Assembly: GCA_051294375.1 (NCBI GenBank)
Contig: CM119266.1
Location: forward strand, 10,317,677 to 10,381,676
Direction: 5' to 3'
Length of the DNA stretch: 64,000 nucleotides
Source: Paraspadella gotoi
Lineage: Eukaryota > Animalia > Chaetognatha
The position numbers and the translations under genes were made by a program. The notes under the pieces are model-generated. The model was not told where the DNA came from. It saw only the letters and a program-made list of their open reading frames with translations, and did not search any database. This document shows, piece by piece, positions 29,139 through 43,580 of this stretch. Numbering within the stretch: position 1 is the first letter of the stretch; every line of letters begins with the position of its first letter.

Positions 29139-30737
29139 CCGCGAGTCGGGAGATTCTCGATGTTTGGTGTCCCTTCTCCGAAATCTCGCTCCGCGCGCTA
29201 AGTGGGGGGAAAGCGAGGACCACTAAGGGGGAAAAAAGGGGCCAAGACGCCGCGAGATCGAACCAACCAGTCCACCTTTTCGATCGAAAGACGTTGTCTC
29301 TACCGGGATGTCGCCGGGATGACGCCCGATTTGTTTGGCGAGGACGAGTCGTCGTCGTTGTCGAGGGTGACTCTCGTCGATTGTCTCTCTTCAGTGACTC
29401 AGGGACAAATATTTACCGAGGCGCTCTCCCCCTTCTCTCTCTTCTCTTTCTTTCCTTTCTCTTTCTCTATCTCCCAAGCTTTCTCTTATCTTATTATCTT
29501 TACACGATGTTTGTCTTAAAATCTTTTCTCATACGTAGTCACCGGAAAAACAATCACTCCATTAAAAAAAAGGAGACAATGAACTTAATTCTTATCAATA
29601 TAAAAAAAAAGTAATTATGTAGATCATACATGTGATAAAAACATATATATAAAAACTCTTTTTTCTCCTATTCCCGCAGGCTCGGACCCGAATCGACCAT
29701 CCGCTTCCTCAACGTTGAGATGAGCCCGCGTTCGTTGACGGCGCCGGGCAAAGTCAAGGTCAAACTGGCGATGAACGTGACCCGAACTCTGCCCGACGCG
29801 CTCTCCCTCGACGTCTCCATCAAGAAAGACTTCTTCGGGTTCAAATTCCCTCTGCCCTGCATGTACGGGCAGTTCGGATCATGGTGAGTTTCTTCTCTCG
29901 TTCGCGGAGTGAGAGTTGACCAACTTGATGTTGAGACAAATAATTAAGTAATAAATTTGAAAATTTTCACAAAAAAAAGAGACGCAAATAAAGTTTCAGA
30001 ATTATTAAACAGAATCACGTTTAGATTGAGACGATTTTTCAGCATCCCTTACCCATTTAATTTTTATAACTTCTATTGACTTCAATTATTTGATTTTTTT
30101 CTGCATGTGCGTTATTAATTCAAAAAAGATCATTAAAAATTACTAACGACTTACAAATTCACTTTCCTCCTCCTTCAATTCTCAGCCTCTACGAAGACAT
30201 TTGCTACAAACTCTCTCAACACTCAGCCGAAACGGGTGCCCCTACTGGCTGGAGGAGAACGGTCTCCCTGCGCAACTGCGCGGCTCAGTCGAGAGGAAAA
30301 TGCACAAGGCGAACCACGTGAATTTTTTCGTGCCAACGCTGGAAAGCGTGCCCTCGTACATCGCCGAGGTAAGTTTCGTTTCGTTATGAGGGAGGTTCGA
30401 AATTTAGACGTGTCCATCGGACGAAAAAGTTATTTAGTTACGTACGATAATTTTAAATTAAAAAGATCCATCGATATTCATTGCGTTCATCCGTTTTCAT
30501 TAGGGCGAATACGAGGCACAGGCGCGATTCTTGGAGGAAATCACGGGCAACGAGTTGGGATGCCTCAAACTCAAATTCTTTCTGCGTCGGAACCCTGTCG
30601 CGGAAGTGGTGGTGCGATCTGACGTGGTGAAGCAGGTCGTCCGCGACGATGAGAAGAACGTATCCCCCGCGGCCGAGAAGATACGAGCGTGTGATATCGC
30701 GTTGTCTCGAAGTCCTCGAGAGAGAAACGCTTTATAA
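23290..30737 (+). CDS. GM2A: Ganglioside GM2 activator-like ML (MD-2-related lipid-recognition) domain protein; 4 exons (copy A, the only copy with exon 1)
   Basis: Exons 23290-23500 (signal peptide MEFVHTLFLFCLLTASAAA...HKFSFQDCG|gtgag), 29680-29883, 30186-30368 and 30504-30737, with GT-AG sites in compatible phases. The consensus of both copies reads FSFQDCG..IRFLNVEMSPRPLTAPGKVKV..LPCMYGQFGSC|LYEDIC..CPYWLEENGLPCNC..FFVPTLESVPSYIAEGEY..GNELGCLKL. This matches the GM2A Cys pattern (FSWDNC..IPC..GSC.F..C..CP....GLPCHC..LGC). Exons 2 and 3 of this copy carry single-base indels. Confidence 0.85.
25161..25215. promoter_or_regulatory. Pair of RFX X-box-like motifs
   Basis: GTCTCCTAGCAAC (25161-25173) and GTTGCTAGGGAAC (25203-25215; reverse complement GTTCCCTAGCAAC) lie 29 bp apart in opposite orientation. 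Confidence 0.5.
26445..26543. repeat. (GAAA)n tetranucleotide microsatellite
   Basis: About 24 perfect units are visible. Confidence 0.95.
27515..27524. promoter_or_regulatory. Perfect CLEAR/M-box palindrome GTCACGTGAC (TFEB/MITF/USF E-box)
   Basis: Exact 10-bp palindrome in intron 1 of the lysosomal GM2A-like gene, overlapping TGACGTC. Confidence 0.4.
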
Positions 30738-32702
30738 CAGTTCATATTGAACTAACTAACGTCGCTTTTTTTTTCTTTTTTTCTTTTTTTTTTGGAAGGG
30801 GGGAGGGGGGGCGTATACTGGGATTAGGGAGGGCGAAGGAAGCAAATTTAGATGATGTTTTAGTTTGGGTAAGTTTCATGTTGGAGAATTTTTGGCATAT
30901 ATTTCCCCCCTTTTTTTAAAAAAAAACCTGGTGAGTTTTAACTGTATGCTCTTACTGCACTACCTGTGAATAAATCGTGCAGATTTAACGTTATTTATAA
31001 TTTGCGTGTATAATACATCGTCATGTCTTGAATATTGTTGTACATATGTCTCATAACGTGCCATAATTGGCTATATTTTGAAATGCGCCAATTACAATGT
31101 TCCTCAATTAAAAACTTTTTTCTCTAAGACTTGGGACTGTGAGTTAACAAATTAACTTTCGATAACAGACAAATTACCCCCCCAAAAAAGCTAAAACAGT
31201 TCATTTCATGCGCATTACATTTTGTTCTCATGGCCCTCGCAGCCCCAATAGTCGTGCTCTCCACTCAAAAAGAGGGCCGAGCAATAACATCCGCTTGGGA
31301 TATGGAACAACGCCGAAAGAGTTTAATGTTAATCGTCTTTCCAAGATCGTTAACGATTACTAATCATATGACGGGTTTTATGCGAGACCGCTCTCCGAGT
31401 TTTAAGTGTCGCTATCTCCTTTGATTCGGTCACGATTTCACGGACGACGAATATAAAAAAAAAAATTTTAAACGTCGACGGGAGAAAAAGTGTAAACTGG
31501 CTGGTATAAATTTAATATCTTGACGCCGATAAAAATCGGAAAAAAACCAGAAAACGATGTATTTATTTTTTTCCAGGCTCACTCCTGAAAAAAAAAAACC
31601 AGTCCCATTTTCGCGGAATTCCGAATTCCGAGAGAATTTTCAGTTGTCTGAGACTGTAGTTTGAAAGAGTAATTAATTTAATAATTATTAATTAAGTGCT
31701 AGGGCCCCCTAGTAGGGGAAAGGTAAAAGTTATTGGCAAAGAATGTTTACCATGACAATGACTTCTCATTAACAAATGAGAAAACGAATTTGCTCGGTTT
31801 GTCTAAAGCAGCTTTTCAAAGAAGAACCGAGAGGGCTGATAAAGCTGAGGATGATTAAAGGAAACATAAGGGAAATAACTGGCTCATAATTTAATATTCC
31901 TTGACCTTGTTCAATTTGGGAAGAATGAACGAAATCCTCAATCAGTACAAGTTTTACTATAAAAGAAAAAAACTAATTCATATCTTATTTGTTTATTTTT
32001 AAAATCAAAACGTTTCAATTATTTACCTCTATTTTTAAATACATGAAGAATTGGAAGCTAATTAATTATAATTATTAAAAGATAGTTAGTCGTGAGAAAT
32101 AAATAAATATGATTTATGCTTAGATAATACTGACATCATTTACGTTGATTATAAAGCAGTTGCTGAAATCATGAACTGTGTGAGTGAAAAAACCTGTATG
32201 TAGCGAAAGACTATTTTTCGCCACTTTTTCTTTTACCTACAATAATAAACAATTTGTTTTGGTTCTTTCGTTTTGTTGTGTTGGTAGCATTAAAGGAGAA
32301 AAGTTTTTTTATTTTGAACAACGAATTTATTTAGCATGAAAAATGGACATGTTTCGGGTTCAATGTAAGACTTCATTCAGTTGTTCAAAATAATAAACTT
32401 TTCTCCTTTAACACCTAAAATTCAAAATATTTATTTAACTTTGTGACAAATCACGTGTAAAAATTTAAGAAGTTTAAAATGAAAAGTTTACATGACGAAC
32501 ATGCTTGAAATTAAATTAAAAAGAATTGAAATCGAGTAACAACCGACCAAAGGAACCATACCGGCATTCGTCTCGAATGCTTTTGAGAGCTTGTGACGAA
32601 ATCAAAAACGTAAAAAAATGTAAATGGCGGAGTGCTGTGAGCTGATTAACTTTTTCCTCTACTTCTGTATGCCTCCTTAAACGAATACGGAATACGGTAA
32701 TA

Positions 32703-34435
32703 TTAAGAATTGAATATTTTTAAATGTCGCGAAGCCGTCTTAAAATTTTTCGGGTTAAGCGTTCGAATTATGTTCTGGTTGATGATGGAATTGGTTACCG
32801 TTGTCTTGGCTCCACCGTGCGGCACGAAAGTCTTACCACTTTTGTTGACAACACTCTTTTCGTAACTGGAATGAGAGGAAGAATAATTATAAAACCGTAA
32901 CCGATAACGTGAAGTGCTGACAATGCCGTTTACTCATTTTAATTTACTTTGTAACAACGGTACGAAAAGGCGAAGACTTGTAATCCGGGAAATTTTCGAA
33001 GCAACCGGCCTACAACCGCCGAGACGCTTGCCTGGCGAAGACGGCTTAAAGGGGCGACCGTCGGATTCTTTACTGGGTCCTGAAATATGGAGATTAATAA
33101 TAGAAACTCGCGTTCGTGGTTGACTTTGTAATTAACTTTCTATAGGAAATATTAATTTGGTAACAATTAAAAATAAATGCATTTTAACAAATGCGACTTA
33201 TTTTATATTACGTGGTGTTTCTCGCTTCGTCCCTAGGGGTTGTTGCGATAATCATCGATCAATATATAATTTGAATATCCGATAAAACACAAATTTCAAA
33301 ACTGTCAATACAACAATCATTATCTTTTAATCAGTGTCTGTCTCTCTCTCTCACTCTCTCACCCTTGCTAGCGGAATGGGCTCTGATCCCGCCTCAGAAG
33401 GCGCCCGCGGCGTTGGATCAGGCTGGTAAACGCTGGGGTCGAAAACGTCTCCCAAACGGAAAGGCCACGTGGAAGGGCCCGCCTTTGAGAACGCCTTTAT
33501 GACGAGCGTTTGATGTGTTCCGCAATTGCCGCTCACGATCGTAGGACGAGCTGCGTATGGATATTTGCCTGGCATAGTCATGATGAGCGGTAATTGAGAA
33601 CTGCATTGAGAATTTTTGGAATTTTGCGTTGTGTGGATGAGATAAACCAAATACCGATAGTGAGGTGATAAACCCATAGCCCGTTCCTTTTTCCGGGGTT
33701 GGTAATGAAGTTGGGGCCGCGGGGGCTTTTCTTCTTTTTCGGCTTTCAGGCCGGGACTAAATTCGAGAGGGGACCTCCGAGGGTCCCGTAATGCATTCCC
33801 AAACCGGTGCTCTTCTTCGCGGGCGAAGAAAGGGATGTAGGGTTTGCCTATCAAAAAAGTAAGAAAATGGTGTCGAGAATTAAAATTAATCAGAGAGTCG
33901 CAACAAAACGCAAGAAAAAAGTTGGGGGGAAAAAAACAAATAGGTCAATTCAAGTAATGTTACACGAAGGATATTCCCGCAAGGAATATAGTCAATAGTT
34001 AACGCCCAAACTAGTAAAAAAATTAAAATCGACTAATCCTGGTCTGCCACTACATTTTAACGATACTAACCGATGGCCTTTTGCGAATTCTTTAGTCTGT
34101 CCATTCTCATTCGTCTGACGACATCCGCGTAGGCTTCTCCTTCGTAAACGCGCCGAATTTTCCTTCAAAGTATCCGTCCATCAGAGCAGACCGTTTGCTA
34201 AAAAAATTAATTATTACTCCAATGGTACAATTGTATGACAAGTTTTGATCATTGACGAAATCGGCGTCCATTGTCACCTGGTTCCTCGGGCCAACATCTG
34301 TTTTCCTTCGGCCGATTCGTTATATTGATTAAAGCCACCCGGGGACTTGTACTTGTCTCCGATGGTGATGTTACCCCGGCTCAGAAAGAACCCGACCCTC
34401 TCCATATCCGATTTGTTATCGCGATCTCCCGGCAT
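32703..34435 (-). CDS. CFAP96: Cilia- and flagella-associated protein 96 / C4orf47 (UPF0602) homolog, 6 exons, copy A (contains frameshifting indels)
   Basis: Exons 34435-34278, 34197-34071, 33847-33655, 33568-33363, 33079-32948 and 32865-32703. The two-copy consensus gives KSDMERVGFFSEPGYITIGDKY, GYFEGKFGRVYEGEAY, TNPGKKGTGYG, FKPSSPGKRLGGCKAGCF and NIIRTLNPKNFKT. These match recalled C4orf47 motifs (DMERIGLFSEMEYITVGDKY, TNPGKKGTGYG, FKPSSPGKKPGGMKAGTF). Confidence 0.85.
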
Positions 34436-35185
34436 TCTGGCGAAGAATGTCAGAATGTCAAAAAAAATAGTATCGATTATTCGTAAAAATATTACTAACA
34501 AATACTATTACTTACGTAAAATATTTTCGGTTTATCAAGAAAAATCAATAAGAGCTTCACAAATTTTTAACATTCTTAATAATTCCGTAAGATTCGTTTA
34601 CGAGTTCAGGTTTGATGTAGTTAACATTGGTTACATGTTAGATAACGGTTGTCAGGACGATTCCAGAGACTGTGCATTTGTTTTGGATAAGTTATAGGGA
34701 GCCTCATTGAATTATAATTTGATAATTTGATATTTGATAATTGATAATTATAAATTTATACTATGATGAACATCGATTAAAAATTGGCAATCTAACATTT
34801 TAGAGAGAAGATGGAATAATGTCTTAAAAAATCAAATGAGTAATATGTCATTTTAATTTCATGAGAAGCGAAATCAAAGTAGGCGAATGTAAAATATGTT
34901 TAGGAAATACTTTCATAAATAGTATTTGTAATTTTGTAACTTTTTAATTCAATATCTTTATTTTCATATCAATTCATTGATTATGACTGAAAAGGAATTC
35001 CCTCATAATTCGAAAAAGCCGCAAATCAAATCGATGGTAAGTAAACAAAATTCATATCACATTAGAATGGTATTTACTCATCCAATTATTTTTAACGTCA
35101 AAAATAATAAAAAGGGAATCTGCGGATTCAAATAACACATTTTTGACGAATTATTTTTGAAATATTGCTGAATATACCCCCCCAA

Positions 35186-36358
35186 AAAAATAATCATTAA
35201 TAGTTCTCCTGATTGTAGTGTGCTTCACGCTTCAGATGCATCAAAAAATTCAAAAAGAGGCAAGTGACAAGTCCTAATTGTTCTTCGAAAGAAAAAACAA
35301 AGAATGATAGATAACCAGCCTAAAATAATCGCAACGAACGTTATATAATAGAGGTTATTTGGGTTAATTTTACTTTCTTCAGATTCCTGGCGCGTGTGGG
35401 AAGCAATAGACGCAAATTGCGACAGCAGCCCTAAAGGAAATCCTTGCGGTGACATGTTCTTGCCAGCTGTCTGAACGGTAAGATTTTTACTTTTTTTATA
35501 ATTTCACTATCTTTGTAAAATTAGTAAATATGGAATCGGAATCAACCAATTTAAAAAACAATTTTCTCGAGTATGGAAAACGAATACACATATCGCTGCA
35601 GAGAAGATACAAAGCACTGTTACGGGCAATTACCGTGCACCGACGCCATCATTAAACCAGGTTTACTCATAAAAAAATTATAAATGTAAATTCAGACCGT
35701 CGCTATGTATCAGTTTGTAAATTAGTCGCTACAATGTAGCCTACAATATCGTTAATATTGATCATTAAATAGCAATTTGGCTATATATCGACAAAGTGCA
35801 ATTTGCAAAGAAAACGGCGCCATTAACATTTTTTTAACTACTTTAAAACATTTATCTTCTTCAGGCGACTGCTGTCCAAGTTGCCCTAACGGACCAAACT
35901 GCAAAATTTACGGCAAAGTAGTGAGACCAAGCCAAGAAAAGATTTACGCCCCAGGTATGAACAAATTCTAGTTAAGGACTGATGTCTTGGACTCCTGGCA
36001 TAATCAACTTGATTGGGGCTTCGAACCCACAGCAAGCGCCTCCAATCAATGGCGTGCGTTAATAACCCGGGGAGAGAAATCGTGAACTTAAGCTCCTACG
36101 GTTGAAAACAAAATGTAACCTGTTCACCGGTCACCCTTTGATACGAGGCCAAATAAGAGTGGCGGTGAGGTGATTTTCAGTTGAACTGCCACAACGTTAA
36201 TGGTGTTTACGAAAATTCCCTTGTCAAGGTACCGAATAAGTAACGAAATACAGCTTTTGCCCAAAAACGACAGGTTACGCAAAAAAGATGCTTCGTATCC
36301 AACATTCAACATGGGACTTACATTTACGAGGAGGAACTCGGTTGCTACACATCTCTAA
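35186..36358 (+). CDS. Secreted VWC-like Cys-rich protein, copy A (start codon and frames disrupted by indels)
   Basis: Near-identical to 46081-47230. The exon GDCCPSCPNGPNCKIYGKVVRPSQEKIYAP is intact. The ATG region reads aaaataatca instead of aaaatgaaatca. Confidence 0.55.
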
Positions 36359-37442
36359 AAATAAAAATTTAACCAAGAAAAATGTAAAAATATGCATAGT
36401 AGATGGAAAAAATAAATGTTTTTAGCCGATACTGTTTCACCGTTTCACGTTTCATTCTGCCTAATACAAAATACTAGCAACACAAAAAAAATTAGTTACA
36501 ATTTTACACGTTTAAATTTCTTCGGATAAATAAAACATTATTGGTCATTTTAACGTATACAAAGATAATTAGACAATAATAACACTAAAGAAACGACCCA
36601 ATGCTTGTTGCTTTTAGTTTCTCATATTTACAATAGCCAGTTGACCCCACAATCTTACCGCTAAAAATAAAGCTGCCGAAAAAAATTAAGTAACTCATTT
36701 CCCTGTTAAATTTTTCAAAAAAAATATAATTTGATTGCGATATAAATGCAAATGTGGGTTCATTGGAAAACAGAGACTAGAGGAGCGTTGACGTTTTTTT
36801 AACTGTCGAAGGTAAAATTGAGAAAGAGCATCGAAAGACGATAAAAGCATCTTTTCTTTTTGAAAGAGTGAGAAATAATTATTAATTTTTTAAAGTGGGG
36901 AAAAAAAGATAAGATCGTGGGAAGATTTTTGTTTTGTTTTATAACTTTCGAGACGATCGCAATAGAGTGCAAAAAATGCAATTAAATGAAAGAGTACATA
37001 TGCAGAAACATAAATTTTATCCGCTATCTAAAAATTAAAAATTTGGAATACCGTTAAAAATAACTGAAAAAAGGGGTAAGAACTGAAATATTAATCGTTA
37101 CGGAATGGAGCAAACCAAATATTGAAGATTTTTTTTTACTCATTTGTCAATCGGAAGCAGCGATGGAACGTTTTTCGCTGGCAACACAATGAATTGGGGG
37201 ACAGAAAGCGAATTATTATTCTGTAATTGAATACAATAGTAATTCCATTACTAAAGTTTATTTTTAAATTTTTTTTGCTGGAGTTCAAATTGTAACGACA
37301 AAGTGGGCCGTGAGAAAAAAAAAAGAGCGAGTTATCACTTTTTTCCCGTAGAAAATAACCAGGGAGGGAAAAAAAAACAAGCAAGACCCCGCGAAGAGTG
37401 ACGGGCAAGCAAAAAAATGAGAATGCAACGAACGGTCCATCA

Positions 37443-38782
<1,340 letters not shown>

Positions 38783-39414
38783 CGTTAGCGATGCGCGAAA
38801 GAAATTTCCGGAATTATATCTACAAATAGAGAGACAGCTGTGGTTTTTTTGTGGCGAACCAAACCCACTGAGAGTATGAAACGTCAACATGAAAGGCTTC
38901 AGAGCAGCGCCCCGAATCGCACCTATCCCGCCAAGGAATCACAGTAAAACGAGCAAAAGAGCAATCCTTTATATATTCTTTGGTTCAAGTTTTAAAGTTT
39001 AATAAAATAAGGGAATTGCCAAAAAACGGACAGGAAATTTCCAAAATTTCCGTATTATTATTTGGGCTAAATTATGCTCATTTACCGCTTTTTTGGCTGT
39101 CACTCATTTTAATCAATATTCTGCAATCACACACAAGTTTAAAGAGTAAATATTTACCGAATAATTTAGCTTATCTGGAAATAAGAAGGAAAAATAACTG
39201 CAATGTACCTGTCAGTAAAAAAAATTTAATAAACATTTTGCAATAAATCTTTCAAGTAAATATGTGTAATAGTAATTTATATTAGAAAAAGAAGTTTCAT
39301 ATAAAATCGGGGGCAAAAAGAAATTAGAAAAATCACAGTTAGTTGCTAAATTATCTATAAAATTCGTTTTTAATATGCTAATAAAAATGCAATAGAGTCC
39401 TATAGAAGAGCGGC

Positions 39415-39582
39415 ATTTACGAGGACACGAAAGCTCTGAAGTAGTTTTCCCACACACGCGCCCCCTTGTTTCGTCGAATTTTGTCGATCGTCGGCGTTGA
39501 CCTCGTCGAAGAGGGGACGCGTGGTTTTTCGCACGCAGCTCCATCCAGATTCGAATGCGTCGTCGCTCGCTCTTACCACGTC
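39415..39582 (-). other. Orphan 3' fragment of the GST last exon at the end of duplicate copy A
   Basis: Matches 50172-50330 (ccatccagattcgaatgcgtcgtcgctcgc...) and is cut mid-exon at the duplication junction. Confidence 0.8.
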
Positions 39583-39946
39583 ATGATGATGATGATGAGT
39601 CCGAAATCTCGGGAATATCGAAAATCGAGTGTGAGAGAAAAGACAAAATTTAATACAGGAGAAATCGTCTTACCGACGCTCTTGGCGTGGTGGCAGGAAA
39701 ACCTATCGGATTTAAGATTAAATAAGGTTCTTTAAAGCTTTTCGCGGATTTCCCCAGTGGCGCAGTACAAGCATCGGAATGGAATGTTGAAAGAAGGGGA
39801 GGGATTATAATATGTTTTTCTTTTTTTGTTTTGTAAATTCTGGGAGGAACTGTAGAACGCAAATAATCTTTTCACGATGAACTAGTTTTGCAAAAGGTTC
39901 GAATCGGCGCTCGTCGCCAGAATAATTAAAGATTCTCTTGATGTCT

Positions 39947-39979
<33 letters not shown>

Positions 39980-40511
39980 GCCCGCGAGTCGGGAGATTCT
40001 CGATGTTTGGTGTCGCTTCTCCGAAATCTCGCTCCCGCGCGCTAAGTGGGGGGAAAGCGAGGACCACCTAAGGGGGAAAAAGGGGCCAAGACGCCGCGAG
40101 ATCGACCACCAGTCCACCTTTTCGATCGAAAGACGTTGTCTCTACCCGGATGTCGCCGGGATGACGCCCGATTTGTTTGCGAGGACGAGTCGTCGTCGTT
40201 GTCGAGGGTGACTCTCGTCGATTGTCTCTCTTCAGTGACTCAGGGACAAATATTTACCGAGGCGCTCTCCCCCCCTCTCTCTCTTTCTTTCTTTCTTTCT
40301 CTTTCTCTATCTCCCAAGCTTTCTTTTATCTTATTATCTTTACACGATGTTTGTCTTAAATCTTTTCTCATACGTAAGTCACCGGAAAAAATTCCATTAA
40401 AAAAAAGGAGACAATAAACTTAATTCTTATCAATATAAAAAAAAGTAATTATGTAGATCATACATGTGATAAACATATTATATAAAAACTCTTTTTCTCC
40501 TATTCCCGCAG

Positions 40512-41570
40512 GCTCGGACCCCGATCGGCCCATCCGCTTCCTCAACGTTGAGATGAGCCCGCGTCCGTTGACGGCGCCGGGCAAAGTCAAGGTCAAACTG
40601 GCGATGAACGTGACCCGAACTCTGCCCGACGCGCTCTCCCTCGACGTCTCAATCAAGAAAGACTTCTTCGGGTTCAAATTCCCTCTGCCCTGCATGTACG
40701 GGCAGTTCGGATCATGGTGAGTTTCTTCTCTCGTTCGCGGAGTGAGAGTTGACCACTTGATGTTGAGACAAATAATTAAGTTATAAATTTGAAATTTTCA
40801 CAAAAAAAAGAGACGCAATAAAGTTTCAGAATTATTAAACAGAATCACGTTTAGATTGAGACGATTTTTCAGCATCCTTACCCATTTAATTTTTATAACT
40901 TCTATTGACTTCAATTATTTGATTTTTTTCTGCATGTGCGTTATTAATTCAAAAAAGATCATAAAAATTACTAACAGACTTACAAATTCACTTTCCTCCC
41001 TTCAATTCCAGCCTCTACGAAGACATTTGCTACAAACTCTCTCAACACTCAGCCGAAAACGGGTGCCCCTACTGGCTGGAGGAGAACGGTCTCCCCTGCA
41101 ACTGCGCGGCTCTAGTCGAGAGGAAAATGCACAAGGCGAACCACGTGGAATTTTTTCGTGCCAACGCTGGAAAGCGTGCCCTCGTACATCGCCGAGGTAA
41201 GTTTCGTTTCGTTATGAGGGAGGTTCGAAATTTAGCCGTGTCATCGGGACGAAAAAGTTATTTAGTTACGTACGATAATTTTAAATTTAAAAGATCCATC
41301 GATATTCATTGCGTTCATCCGTTTTTCATTAGGGCGAATACGAGGCACAGGCGCGATTCTTGGAGGAAATCACGGGCAACGAGTTGGGATGCCTCAAACT
41401 CAAATTCTTTCTGCGTCGGAACCCTGTCGCGGGAAGTGGTGGTGCGATCTGACGTGGTGAAGCAGGTCGTCCGCGACGATGAGAAGAACGTATCCCCGCG
41501 CGGCCCGAGAAGATACGAGCGTGTGATATACGCGTTGTCTCGAAGTCCTCGGAGAGAGAAACGCTTATAA
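40512..41570 (+). CDS. GM2A: GM2 activator-like, exons 2-4 in duplicate copy B (no exon 1)
   Basis: Exons 40512-40716 (open: GSDPDRPIRFLNVEMSPRP...GQFGSC), 41012-41196 and 41333 to about 41570. Near-identical to copy A apart from scattered 1-bp indels. Confidence 0.75.
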
Positions 41571-43580
41571 CAGTTCATATTGAACTAACTACGTCGCTTT
41601 TTTTTTCTTTTTCTTTTTTTTTTTGGAAGGGGGGAGGGGGGGCGTATACTGGGATTAGGGAGGGCGAAAGGAAGCAAATTTAGATGGTTTTAGTTTGGGT
41701 AAGTTTCATGTTGGAGAATTTTGGCATATATTTCCCCCCCTTTTTTTTAAAAACCTGGTGAGTTTTACCTGTATGCTTCTTACTGCACTACCTGTGATAA
41801 ATCGTGCAGATTTAACGTTATTTATAATTGCGTGTATATACATCGTCATGTCTTGAATTATTGTTGTACATATGTCTCATAACGTGCCATAATTGCTATA
41901 TTTTGAAATGCGCCAATTACAATGTTCCTCAATTAAAAACTTTTTTTCTCTAAGACTTGGGACTGTGAGTTAACAAATTAACTTTCGATAACAGCCAAAT
42001 TACCCCCCCCCAAAAAAAAGCTAAAACAGTTCATTTCATGCGCATTACATTTTGTTCTCATGGCCTCGCAGGCCCCAATAGTCGGCCTCTCCACTCAAAA
42101 AGAGGGCCGAGCAATAACATCCGCTTGGGATTGGACACCCGAAGAGTTTAATGTTAATCGTCTTTCCAAGAGTCGTTAACGATTACTAATCATATGACGG
42201 GTTTATGCGAGACCGCTCTCCGAGTTTTAAGTGTCGCTATCTCCTTTGATTCGGTCACGATTTCACGGACGACGAATATAAAAAAAAAATTTTAAACGTC
42301 GACGGGAGAAAAGGTGTAAACTGGCTGGTGTAAATTTAATATCTTGACGCCGATAAAAATCGGAAAAACCAGAAAAACGATGTATTTATTTTTTTCCAGG
42401 CTCACTTCTGAAAAAAAAAAAAAAACCAGTCCCAATTTTCGCGGAATTCCGAATTCCGAGAGATTTTCACGTTGTCTGAGACTTGTAGTTTGAAAGAGTA
42501 ATTAATTTAATAATTATTAATTAAGTGCTAGGGCCCCCTAGTAGGGGAAAGGTATAGTTATGGCCAAAGAATGTTTACCATGACAATGACTTTCTCATTA
42601 ACAAATGAGAAAACGAATTTGCTCGTTTGTCTAAAGCAGCTTTTCAAAGAAGAACCGAGAGGGCTGATAAAGCTGAGGATGATTAAAGGAAACATAAGGG
42701 AAATAACTGGCTCATAATTTAATATTCCTTGACCTTGTTCAATTTGGGAAGAATGAACGAAATCCTCAATCAGTACAAGTTTTACTATAAAAGAAAAAAA
42801 ACTAATTTCTTATCTCAGTTGTTTATTTTAAAATCAAAACGTTTCCAATTATTTACCTCTATTTTTTTAAATACATGAAGAATTGGACGCTAATTAATTA
42901 TAATTATTAAAATGATAGTCGTGAGAATATAATAAATATGATTTATGCTTAGATAATACTGATATCATTTACGTTGATCATAAAGCGAGTTGCTGAAATC
43001 AGTGACTGTGTGAGTGAAAAAACCTGTATGTAGCGAATCCCTTCCACAAAGAGGATAATACTCAGCAGTTGGGGAAATCATAGTGAAAGACTTATTTTCG
43101 CCACTTTTTCTTTTACCTACAATAATAACAATTTGTTTTGGTTCTTTCGTTTTGTTGTGTTGGTAGCATTAAAGGAGAAAAGTTTTTTATTTTGAACAAC
43201 GAATTTATTTAGCATGAAAAATGGACATGTTTCTGCTTCAATGTAAGACTTCATCAGTTGTTCAAAATAAAAAACTTTTCTCCTTTAATACCTAAAATTT
43301 ATAATATTCATTTAACTTTTGTGACAAATCACGTGTAAAAAAATTTAAGAAGTTTAAAATGAAAAGTTTACATGACGAACATGCTTGAAATTAAATTAAA
43401 AGAATTGGAAATCGAGTACAACCGACCAAAGGAACCATACCGGCATTCGTCTCGAATGCTTTTGAGAGCTTGTGACGAAATCAAAAACGTAAAAAAATGT
43501 AAATGGCGGAGTGCTGTGGACTGATTAACTTTTTCCTCTACTTCTGTATGCCTCTTAAACGAATACGGAATACGGTAATA

